Shown: positions 8,902 through 17,335 of the stretch, piece by piece
Numbering within the stretch: the first letter of the stretch is position 1
Layout of the letters: every line of letters starts with the position of its first letter
DNA from: an uncultured Eggerthella sp.
GTDB taxonomy: Bacteria > Actinomycetota > Coriobacteriia > Coriobacteriales > Eggerthellaceae
NCBI GenBank assembly: GCA_900553605.1
Contig: USDX01000009.1
Coordinates: 245 to 64,244 of the forward strand
Direction of reading: 5' to 3'
Length of the DNA: 64,000 nt
The notes under the pieces: generated by a model
Databases searched by the model: none
Told to the model about the DNA's origin: nothing
Seen by the model: only the letters and a program-made list of their open reading frames with translations
Made by a program: the position numbers and the translations under genes

Positions 8902-9479
8902 TTAACCAGGCAATCAGACGCTTCGTCGCCAGATGTGAAGTCGGTTATGGCGCCATACGAAAGTCTTCCCTTATCAATCTCGCGGTTGCACTCAGGGTGT
9001 TTCAGAAGAAAGGTCGCTACCGCTTGGCCAACGCATTCGACATACCTAGCGAGATTAACTGTAAGATGAAATTCTCGATTGTCTTCCGTTGCTTTTTCCC
9101 CAATCTCGATCGAACCCGCGCCAATCAGCAATTGATCATCAGGTGCGAAAACATGAAATCTAACGTTGTGGTATTTCGTTAATTTCCCAGCGTCTGGTGC
9201 GAGGGATCCATTGTGCAAAACTGAATTACGTAGCTGATAGATATCGCTCGCCGACATGCTTAAACAGGACTCCTCTCTTAAGATAGGGATCAGATAGCAT
9301 TCAGCCCAAGCGATATATTTTTTGCTACTCGTACGATTGTTTTCCCCAAGCGCTGTTGCGCAGACATCAGGAATTATCAAAGCGGCATTGAGCGCAGAGA
9401 TATAAAGTTTATGTTCCATTGCGGCACGCATCTCGACGACATAATCACTCGGGCGCATGCCTACTGGCTTCCAATTCAT
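8898..9479 (-). CDS. Hypothetical protein with HEPN-like RxxxxH motif
   Basis: ATG at 9479 after GGAAGGG, 193 aa. Contains YISALNAALIIPDVC and YQLRNSVLHNG. The stop TAA lies in the arm of site B. Confidence 0.7.
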   Translation of the reverse strand: MNWKPVGMRPSDYVVEMRAAMEHKLYISALNAALIIPDVCATALGENNRTSSKKYIAWAECYLIPILREESCLSMSASDIYQLRNSVLHNGSLAPDAGKLTKYHNVRFHVFAPDDQLLIGAGSIEIGEKATEDNREFHLTVNLARYVECVGQAVATFLLKHPECNREIDKGRLSYGAITDFTSGDEASDCLVN

Positions 9480-9540
9480 AAACAACCCTTCCATATACGG
9501 AATATGTTTACGTTTCCACCCGTCAAAGCAAGGAGACGAA

Positions 9541-10500
9541 ATGAACGACGAAGTAATAGATGATATTTTACAGCGTATGCAAAAGGTGCTTACTTGCAAG
9601 CAGCTTAGAGTACTGAAAGCGGAGCTCATTGCTGCGTTCGAGCCAAAAAATGAGGTCGATTCATGTGATTGTCTGGCAACGTTTTTAACCGCCAAGGAGG
9701 TTGAAGGATGCTCGCCTAAAACTATTCAGTACTACCGAGATACGCTCAAACGAATGCTAGAGGCCATCGAAAAGCCACTGACACAAATCGAAAGCGATGA
9801 CCTGCGGCGATACCTTAACGATTATGAGAGCACACGCTACGCTAGTAAGGTGACTATCGATAATATCAGGCGTATTATGTCCAGCTTCTTCTCTTGGCTG
9901 GAGGACGAAGATTACATCGTTAAAAACCCTGTTCGCCGAATCCATCGAGTTAAAACTGCGCAAGTAGTCAAGGAGACGCTGACTGACGAAGAGTTGGAAA
10001 CCCTGCGCGACTCTTGTGGAAACGATCGCGACTTAGCGGTCGTGGACCTTCTTGCCTCTACAGGCATGCGCATTGGCGAGCTCGTGCGGCTGGACATTGA
10101 CGACGTGAACCTGCAAGAACGCGAATGCATCGTTACCGGCAAGGGCAACAAGCAACGGCCGGTCTACTTCGATGCCCGAGCGAAGTTGCATCTAAGCGAA
10201 TACCTAGAAAGGCGCAACGACGACAACCCCGCGTTGTTCGTTTCGCTTGATTCTACGGCAAAGCGTGTCACCGTAGGAGGCATGGAATTGCGTCTGCGGA
10301 ACCTAGGCAAGAACGCCGGTGTTTCGCGTGTGCACCCGCATAAGTTCCGTCGCACGCTGGCGACTCATGCCATTGATAAGGGGATGCCGATCGAGCAAGT
10401 GCAAAAGCTGCTCGGCCATGCGAAAATAGACACCACCATGCACTACGCCATGGTGAATCAGAACAACGTGAAGGCTTCGCACAGAAGGTACTTGGAATGA
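9541..10500 (+). CDS. Tyrosine recombinase/invertase
   Basis: AAGGAG RBS; TGMRIGEL, GKGNKQR, HPHKFRRT and LLGH..TTMHY catalytic set. Confidence 0.93.
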   Translation: MNDEVIDDILQRMQKVLTCKQLRVLKAELIAAFEPKNEVDSCDCLATFLTAKEVEGCSPKTIQYYRDTLKRMLEAIEKPLTQIESDDLRRYLNDYESTRYASKVTIDNIRRIMSSFFSWLEDEDYIVKNPVRRIHRVKTAQVVKETLTDEELETLRDSCGNDRDLAVVDLLASTGMRIGELVRLDIDDVNLQERECIVTGKGNKQRPVYFDARAKLHLSEYLERRNDDNPALFVSLDSTAKRVTVGGMELRLRNLGKNAGVSRVHPHKFRRTLATHAIDKGMPIEQVQKLLGHAKIDTTMHYAMVNQNNVKASHRRYLE

Positions 10501-11021
10501 AAATCGAGGACATTTGCACTCGCATTTGCTCTGGCGGAACGCCCAAAAGCGGCAAAGCCGAGTACTATGAAAACGGTACGATTCCCTGGCTCAACACCAA
10601 AGAGATAAATTTCAACCGAATCCGAGCGACCGAAACCTTTATAACGGAAGAAGGACTGAATAACTCTTCTGCGAAATGGATCAAGCCGCACGCTGTCATT
10701 GTTGCCATGTACGGTGCCACGGCAGGGCGTGTTGCTGTAGCGGAGATCCCGCTGACGACCAACCAAGCATGCTGCAATTTAGAAGTTGACGAAACGATCG
10801 CCGACTACCGTTACATCTACTACTGGCTGAAGCAAAATTATGACAATATTGCCGGGCTCGCAAACGGTGGAGCACAGCAAAACCTCAGCGCGAAAGTAAT
10901 CCGGCAAATCGAGATTAATTTGCCGGACTTAATAAAGCAGCGCTCGATTGCGAACTTCTTGGATAGATTCGATAGTAAGATTGAAACAAATGCTAAGCTA
11001 AATGGCTATTTAGCTGCGTGA
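10497..11021 (+). CDS. hsdS: Half-length HsdS (alternative N-terminal TRD), coupled to the recombinase
   Basis: ATGA overlap with the recombinase stop; SGGTPK..IPWL, AMYGATAG, GGAQQNL. Ends IETNAKLNGYLAA* through site C. Confidence 0.88.
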   Translation: MKIEDICTRICSGGTPKSGKAEYYENGTIPWLNTKEINFNRIRATETFITEEGLNNSSAKWIKPHAVIVAMYGATAGRVAVAEIPLTTNQACCNLEVDETIADYRYIYYWLKQNYDNIAGLANGGAQQNLSAKVIRQIEINLPDLIKQRSIANFLDRFDSKIETNAKLNGYLAA

Positions 11022-12192
11022 GATCGACCTTCGAGACATCGATTTCACCTGACATCAATTTGGGCAGGAGAGCATCACGAAGTTCGGCAAGAGATTTCGA
11101 TTCGCGCAGATTGGATTCGATCACGCGGATCAGAGGGTTTGCGAGCGATTCAAACCGTTCTAGCTGTTTTTTCGTCAAGCAAGGAAGGGCAAACCGCCTC
11201 AAAATTTTCCCCGACAGGCTTCCGCGTGTTGACGTCGAATCCGACCAGGCACGAAGCTCCTCATATCTTGCCGCAAGGGCAAACAAGAGATAAGAACCGC
11301 ATTTCTCTTCTGGAACCATAACAACTACCGACTGATTCACATAGGTATCAAATAAAAGCATCGAGGTTTGACCCCTGGTAAAACCTTGGCCAGCGGATGC
11401 CATAACAATGCTGCCGCGATTTGCGAGTTTTGTCGATGAGCCCTCAATGCCTTCGGGTGTAATTGTCTTCTCCGAGCCAATGATGAATCTAGCTCTGGTT
11501 TCGCCGGACGAAAGCCACGGTAGCGTTCCATTCCAGTAGCTAGGTATTTTGGTGGATGGCGTTCCTCCGCTGTAGATACGCTTGCAGTAATCACCAACTG
11601 TGCAGGACTCTTCGACTGCATTTTCGAGATCAGCACACTTGGCAAGCAACAGCTCTTCTAAATAGCCATTTAGCTTAGTATTGGTAGCAATTTTTTCATC
11701 CAAGCACTCGAGCACTGCAGCGATTCTCTGCTGACAATTGAGCGATGGAAGTGGAATTTCAAACGCCAGCAAATCTGCAGAGCTTAGGGTTGGGTACGTG
11801 GACACGCTTTGCTCCGCAAGCGTCTGGAATCCCCTCGTCGCCTGGTTAGTGGTTAGTGCATAGTAGAGATAGCTAGGGAGCACGCGGTTTTCGTTTGCGT
11901 CTATGACGCTAAAGCCCGTTGAAACGAGCATGTTTGTAGGCGGTTTTTTAAGAAGAGCGTAATGTTCTTGGTTGGGACGGACCATTGAGTATACGATGCT
12001 ATTTGGTTTGACTTTTCGACGTGCCCTGCTCGGAACTTTATCAATCAGAGGATCGAGTTGCTGTAGTTCGGAAATCGCGCCGCGAGTCACATTGCCGGTG
12101 TCAAGATATTGAATGCGAGTCCAAGCCTCTTTAGTTGAGTATTGGCTGGCGTTAATGGTGCAAATTTCGCTTAATGTAACCCTACAGCCCAT
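10993..12192 (-). CDS. hsdS: Type I R-M specificity subunit (intact two-TRD allele)
   Basis: Two TRDs joined by QQRIAAVLECLDEKIATNTKLNGYLEE; ends LRDALLPKLMSGEI. ATG at 12192 overlaps the hsdM end. Confidence 0.92.
   Translation of the reverse strand: MGCRVTLSEICTINASQYSTKEAWTRIQYLDTGNVTRGAISELQQLDPLIDKVPSRARRKVKPNSIVYSMVRPNQEHYALLKKPPTNMLVSTGFSVIDANENRVLPSYLYYALTTNQATRGFQTLAEQSVSTYPTLSSADLLAFEIPLPSLNCQQRIAAVLECLDEKIATNTKLNGYLEELLLAKCADLENAVEESCTVGDYCKRIYSGGTPSTKIPSYWNGTLPWLSSGETRARFIIGSEKTITPEGIEGSSTKLANRGSIVMASAGQGFTRGQTSMLLFDTYVNQSVVVMVPEEKCGSYLLFALAARYEELRAWSDSTSTRGSLSGKILRRFALPCLTKKQLERFESLANPLIRVIESNLRESKSLAELRDALLPKLMSGEIDVSKVDLTQLNSHLA
10998..11013 (+). repeat. Shufflon site C
   Basis: Exact CTAAATGGCTATTTAG. 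Confidence 0.9.
11658..11673 (-). repeat. Shufflon site D (inverted, internal to hsdS)
   Basis: CTAAATAGCCATTTAG on +; encodes the LNGYL junction on -. Confidence 0.9.
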
Positions 12193-13693
12193 ACCCAATC
12201 GCCTCCAGATTCTTCTTGATCTGCTCTTGCAGGCGGTTTGATTCCTCGAAGCATTTGGATATCTCGCTGGTTAGGCGCGCCATCTTCTCATCAAAGGGTT
12301 CGTCGTCTTCCTCGACGTCGGCGATGCCCACATAGCGGCCGGGTGTGATGATATAGTCCTGTTTGGCTATATCCTCGATGCTCGCTATAGCGCTGAAGCC
12401 CTTTTCTTCTTCAAGCTTGCCTTCACGAAACGCATCGAATGCGTCAGCAACTTTGGCAATATCCTCATCGGTAAACTCGCGTAGCTTGCGGCTCACCATG
12501 GTTCCCATGTTGCGTGCGTCGATGAACAGGGTCTTGCTCGGCTGTGTCTTCTTTTTGGTGATGATCCACAGGCACACGGGGATCTGTGTGCTGTAGAACA
12601 GCTGACCCGGCATGGCTACCACGCCCTCCACCAGGTCGGCCTCAATCAGCTTGGCGCGGATGGAGCCCTCGTTGTTCGTTTGGCTGGAAAGCGAGCCGTT
12701 GGCTAGCACCATGCCCATGCGGCCGCTGCGGTTCAGATGGTGCACCATATGCTGAACCCAAGCGAAGTTGGCGTTGCCCTCGGGTGGCACGCCGTATTCC
12801 CAACGCGGGTCATCCTTCAGCTTGTCGCCACCCCAGTCTTTCATGTTGAAAGGCGGATTTGCTAGGACGAAGTCGAACTTCTCAGTACGATGCAAGTCGT
12901 TGAAGAACGTATCGGCGTTTTGCTTCCCTAGATTTGCATCAATGCCACGGATGGCAAGGTTCATGGTTGCCATTTTCCATGTGGTGGGGTTGCTCTCTTG
13001 GCCGTAAACGGACAGGTCGTCAATCTTGCCTTGATGGCGCTTTACGAACTCTGCTGACTGCACGAACATGCCGCCACTACCGCAGCAGGGGTCGTACACG
13101 CGTCCGTGGTAAGGTTCGATGATTTCGACCAGCGTCTTCACGATGCAAGCTGGCGTATAGAATTCGCCGGCGTTTTTGCCTTCTGCCTCGGCAAACTTTG
13201 CCAGACAGTACTCGTAGGTGCGGCCAAGGATGTCGCGCGTATCGCCCTTTTCGGCCATTTGGACGTTGGTGAACAGGTCCACTACTTCTCCCAGGCGGCG
13301 CTTGTCCAGCTCCTGGCGGGCAAAGTTCTTGGGCAGGATGTTCTTCAGCTTGTCGTTCTCGGCCTCGATCTGGCGCATCGCTTCATCGATGACCTTGCCG
13401 ATCTCTGGCGTATGGGCTGCGGCGGCAACGGTGGCCCAGCGGGCGCTCTCCGGCACGAAGAAGATGTTCTCTGCCAAGTACTCGTCGCGGTCCTCTTCGA
13501 AGCCTTCGCCCTCCTCGACCAGCTCTTGGTAGCGCTGGTCGAACTTGTCGGAGATATATTTCAGGAAGATGAGTCCCAGTACTACGTTCTTGTACTCGGA
13601 TGCGTCTATGTTGCCGCGCAGCTTGTCTGCTGCGCTCCAGATCTGTTGCTCGAAGCCAATTTCGGCGGTGTTGTCGGCTTTCTTTTTAGCCAC
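12182..13693 (-). CDS. hsdM: Type I R-M N6-adenine methyltransferase
   Basis: GEFYTP, YDPCCGSGGMF and ANPPFN motifs. Confidence 0.96.
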   Translation of the reverse strand: MAKKKADNTAEIGFEQQIWSAADKLRGNIDASEYKNVVLGLIFLKYISDKFDQRYQELVEEGEGFEEDRDEYLAENIFFVPESARWATVAAAAHTPEIGKVIDEAMRQIEAENDKLKNILPKNFARQELDKRRLGEVVDLFTNVQMAEKGDTRDILGRTYEYCLAKFAEAEGKNAGEFYTPACIVKTLVEIIEPYHGRVYDPCCGSGGMFVQSAEFVKRHQGKIDDLSVYGQESNPTTWKMATMNLAIRGIDANLGKQNADTFFNDLHRTEKFDFVLANPPFNMKDWGGDKLKDDPRWEYGVPPEGNANFAWVQHMVHHLNRSGRMGMVLANGSLSSQTNNEGSIRAKLIEADLVEGVVAMPGQLFYSTQIPVCLWIITKKKTQPSKTLFIDARNMGTMVSRKLREFTDEDIAKVADAFDAFREGKLEEEKGFSAIASIEDIAKQDYIITPGRYVGIADVEEDDEPFDEKMARLTSEISKCFEESNRLQEQIKKNLEAIGYGL

Positions 13694-13702
13694 GATTCGC
13701 TC

Positions 13703-16700
13703 CTATTCGAACGTCTTGCCGTCGGCCCAGAGCTCGCATTGTCTCATGACCGTGTCCATTGCATCGTCCACGCCCTCGGGCGGGTATTTGTATTTGCGCA
13801 GAAGGCGCTTGATGGCGCGGCGCATGCCGGCGCGGGCACTCTCTTTTTTCTGCCAGTCGATGGTAGCGCTTTTCTGCAGTGTTTCGGTGAGTTCGCGTGT
13901 AATGGCCACCAACTGGTCGTTGTTATAGAAGTCGTGCACTGCCTGCGGCTTGGTTATGGCATCGTAGAAGGCCATTTCTTCATCGCTCAGGCCCAGCTTC
14001 TCGGCGTCGGTCCGGTCCTTCATCATTTCGTGGGCCATGTTCACTAGCTCTTCGATGACTTGAGCATTGGTGAGCATGCCGTTCAGGTAGCTGTTGAGTG
14101 TACCCTGCAGCATATCGGAGAACTTCTGGGCTTTTACCACGCTGGTTCTTTGGTAGGTGCGCACCCTCTCTTTGATGAGGCGCTTCAAGCTTTCGACGGC
14201 AACGTTCTTTTCCTTCATGTTGGCAACTTCAGTGAGGAACGCCTCATCGAATAGCGATATCTCGACGTCTTCGCCGTCGAACAGGTTGAGCACGCCGTCG
14301 GCATGGACCGTCTGCTTCATAATCTCGGTCACGCGCTTGTTGAACTCCGCGTAGGTCATGCCTTTGCCGCCGCCCGCCTTGCGGCCTGTGAGGCGCAGCA
14401 CCTGCACGCGCAGCACGGAAAGATAGGCTGCCTCGTGCTGGTCTTCCTGCGAAACTAGGCTCTTACATAGGCTGAGTGCCTGGTTCATAAGTTGGCATTG
14501 CTTCAGGAACTCTTCACAGTCCTCGCGGCGCATGGGGTCGAGCAGCCAGTCGGTGCCCTCGGCGATGGCGGCGGCAAGCTGGGTTTTCTTGTCGGTGAAG
14601 ATGAGCTTGCCGTAGTTGAAGCCGTACAGCAGGTCGCGGCACACGTCTAGCTTCTCCAGAAACTTGGGATATGCGGTGGCGGCAACGTCCATGTTGCCGT
14701 AGTTGCCCTGGTCGCGCTTGGTGTAGTCCTTCATTGCCTGCTTGAGCGCGCGGGCAATGCCGATGTAGTCCACCACCAGGCCGCCCTCTTTGCCCCGGCA
14801 GACGCGGTTCACACGAGCGATTGCTTGCATCAGGTCGTAGCCCTTCATAGGCTTGAACACATACATGGTGGCTAGGCTCGGCACATCGAAGCCAGTGAGC
14901 CACATGTCCACAACGATGGCGATCTTCAGTGGGTCGTCGTCGTTCTTGAAGCGCTGCTCCATGTCCTTCTTGTGCTTGGTGCCGCCGCATACCTCGAACC
15001 ATTCCTCTGGGTCCTGGTTGGACATGGTCATGACCACACCCACCTTTTCCTTCCAAGAAGGGCGAAGCTCCATGATGCGTCGGTAGATCTTCATGGCGAT
15101 TGGGCGGCTATAGGCCACGATGAGGGCCTTGCCTGCCAGAACGTCAGCGCGGTTGTTCTCGTAGTGTTCCACGATGTCGCGGCACAGCGAGTCGATGGTC
15201 TCGGGCGTGTCGAAGATGGCGTTGAGGCCTCCCAAGTCGCGCTTCGATTTCTCGATGCTCGCTTCGTCTGCCTGGTCGGCGAATTCGCGGTAGGCGGCAT
15301 CAATCTTGCCCAGCGCATCGCTATCTAGATGCAGCGCCACCACGCGGCTCTCGTAGTAGACGGGCTTGGTCGATTCGTCTTCAACCGACTGAGTCATGTC
15401 GTAGACGTCGATGTAATCGCCGAAGATCTCGCGGGTGTTGCGGTCTTCAAGTGCGATGGGCGTGCCGGTGAATCCGATGTAGGACGCGTTGGGCAGCGCT
15501 TTGCGTACTACACGCGCCGCCCCAACGGACACCTTTCCGCTGGTGTCCATCTTTTCGGTGAGGCCGTACTGGCCGCGATGCGCCTCATCCACCATCACCA
15601 CAACGTTGCTGCGGTCGCATAGCGGCTCGTCGCCGTCGGTGAATTTCTGCATGGTGGTGAATATGATGCCGTTTGCCTCGCGCCCCTCCAACAGGCTTTT
15701 CAGGTCCTCGCGGCTTGTTGCCTGAACGGGGTTTTGGCGCAGGAATGCCGAGCAACGCCCAAATTGCCCGAACAGCTGGTCGTCCAGATCGTTGCGGTCA
15801 GTGATGACCACGATAGTGGGGCTGTCCAGGTGGCGTTGCAGCAAGTGCGCGAAGAACACCATAGAAAGCGACTTGCCGGAACCCTGTGTGTGCCAGAATA
15901 CGCCGATCTTTCCGTCGCCTGCCACTGCTTCTTCGGCGCGTTCGATTGCCCTGCGCACACCGAAGTACTGGTGGTAGGCAGCGAGGATTTTCACGATCTT
16001 GTCGTTGGTGTCGTTGAAACAGATGAAGTTCTGAATGAGGTCGAGCAAGCGTGCTTTAGGCATCATACCGTCGAGCATGGTTTGCCAGGTGGCTGCCTTG
16101 GTTTCGGAGTAATCGCCGTCGGTAGACTTCCATGCAACGTATCGGTCTTCGTCGGCGGTGATGGTCCCCACGCGCGTTTCCGACATATCGCTCATCACGC
16201 AGAAGACGTTCGGCACGAACATGCTGGGGATGTGGTGCATGTAGTTGCGTAGCTGCAGGTAGGCGTCTGATGCATCGGTTTCCTCGCGTGAGGGTGACTT
16301 CAACTCGAACATAACGAGCGGCATGCCGTTCACGAACGCGATCACGTCGGGACGCTTCTCGGAGTATTCCACAAAGGTCCATTGGTTAACGACGTGGAAG
16401 TCGTTGTTTTCGGGGTCGTCGAAGTCGAGCAGGCGCACAATGTCGTCGCGCTCTCGTTTGCCATCAAAGAAGCGAACCTCGACACCCGATTGCAAGTAAT
16501 CGTTGAAGGTTTCGTTGCGCTGTTCGAGCGTACCGCCCTCGATGTTTTGGATCTTGAGGATTGCCTCGTCGATTGCTGCGGTGGGAAGCCCCCTGTTGAT
16601 GCGCGCTAGGGAATCTTCAAGAATTCCGGGCAGGAACACATCACGGTATTCCTCGGAGGTGCGGGGGACGTCGGGCCCGTACAGATGCGTGTAGCCGAGT

Positions 16701-16792
16701 TCTTCGGTCATATGCTCGATGACGCACTGTTCGTAAAAGTCTTCGTTGAAGGCGCTCGATACGACTTCGTAGGAATAAGAGCTTGAGCCCAT
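13703..16792 (-). CDS. hsdR: Type I R-M restriction subunit
   Basis: RPD..FELK nuclease motif, HTQGSGKS, DEAHR, GFTGTP, MWLTGFD and QAIARVNR. Start uncertain (ATG 16792; ORF open to 16843). Confidence 0.95.
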   Translation of the reverse strand: MGSSSYSYEVVSSAFNEDFYEQCVIEHMTEELGYTHLYGPDVPRTSEEYRDVFLPGILEDSLARINRGLPTAAIDEAILKIQNIEGGTLEQRNETFNDYLQSGVEVRFFDGKRERDDIVRLLDFDDPENNDFHVVNQWTFVEYSEKRPDVIAFVNGMPLVMFELKSPSREETDASDAYLQLRNYMHHIPSMFVPNVFCVMSDMSETRVGTITADEDRYVAWKSTDGDYSETKAATWQTMLDGMMPKARLLDLIQNFICFNDTNDKIVKILAAYHQYFGVRRAIERAEEAVAGDGKIGVFWHTQGSGKSLSMVFFAHLLQRHLDSPTIVVITDRNDLDDQLFGQFGRCSAFLRQNPVQATSREDLKSLLEGREANGIIFTTMQKFTDGDEPLCDRSNVVVMVDEAHRGQYGLTEKMDTSGKVSVGAARVVRKALPNASYIGFTGTPIALEDRNTREIFGDYIDVYDMTQSVEDESTKPVYYESRVVALHLDSDALGKIDAAYREFADQADEASIEKSKRDLGGLNAIFDTPETIDSLCRDIVEHYENNRADVLAGKALIVAYSRPIAMKIYRRIMELRPSWKEKVGVVMTMSNQDPEEWFEVCGGTKHKKDMEQRFKNDDDPLKIAIVVDMWLTGFDVPSLATMYVFKPMKGYDLMQAIARVNRVCRGKEGGLVVDYIGIARALKQAMKDYTKRDQGNYGNMDVAATAYPKFLEKLDVCRDLLYGFNYGKLIFTDKKTQLAAAIAEGTDWLLDPMRREDCEEFLKQCQLMNQALSLCKSLVSQEDQHEAAYLSVLRVQVLRLTGRKAGGGKGMTYAEFNKRVTEIMKQTVHADGVLNLFDGEDVEISLFDEAFLTEVANMKEKNVAVESLKRLIKERVRTYQRTSVVKAQKFSDMLQGTLNSYLNGMLTNAQVIEELVNMAHEMMKDRTDAEKLGLSDEEMAFYDAITKPQAVHDFYNNDQLVAITRELTETLQKSATIDWQKKESARAGMRRAIKRLLRKYKYPPEGVDDAMDTVMRQCELWADGKTFE

Positions 16793-17100
16793 TGCCCTCA
16801 GCTGCCTTTCTTCGCGACGAGGTCGCATTGGAACTTCGTTCACTTAGATTACTATGCATTCGCTACCTGGCATTATACCCTTGAGCTTTCATCTTCCATC
16901 GCGACCGAGTTTGTTGATGGTGCTGGTGATAGGGCGAGATTGGTTGAATGGCGGCGCCGTTAGGTATGGGGGAGAATTTGCGGGCGAGGGATGCCTGCGC
17001 TGCATCGCCATGCGTCCTCATCGCTCCCCACGCGAGCGTTTGTGCCGCCGTGCTCCGTACCATTCCTTACCGCATCATTCCAAAGACAAGGAAGCACTTC

Positions 17101-17244
17101 ATGATTATCGAGTTCAAGGGCATGCGCCCTGACGTGGAAAAAACAACGTTCACCGAAGAAGAGCTGCAGCGCCAGAAGAAGAACGCCGCAGTTTACACCG
17201 ACGACGCAGACGAATACGCCAACAACATCAAGATCATCGGTTAG
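17101..17244 (+). pseudogene. Probable internally deleted gamma-carbonic-anhydrase/CaiE-like gene (47 aa)
   Basis: AAGGA RBS. MIIEFKGMRPDV resembles the family N-terminus and TEEELQRQKKNAAVY the C-terminal helix; the hexapeptide core is absent. Confidence 0.55.
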
Positions 17245-17255
17245 CTTGTAGCAAG

Positions 17256-17294
17256 ACAAAGCCCTTCGCCGCGTTTTGCGACGAAGGGCTTTGT
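17256..17294. terminator. Hairpin terminator between convergent genes
   Basis: ACAAAGCCCTTCG...CGAAGGGCTTTGT. Confidence 0.7.
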
Positions 17295-17335
17295 TTGAAA
17301 TGGAAAGGGGTCGGCTCCGTAGGTGAGCTGAACCG

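Noticed and set aside
8902..9182. C-terminal extension of ORF 8289-9182 as a real domain
   Set aside because: It is read-through past site B into the antisense of the HEPN-like gene; HsdS similarity ends at LNSHL.
9480..9695. N-terminal 72 aa of ORF 8898-9695
   Set aside because: Largely antisense to the recombinase start; a better start with RBS exists at 9479.
9541..10500. Recombinase as a prophage or ICE integrase
   Set aside because: No phage or conjugation genes and no tRNA att site; its position among inverted hsdS sites explains it.
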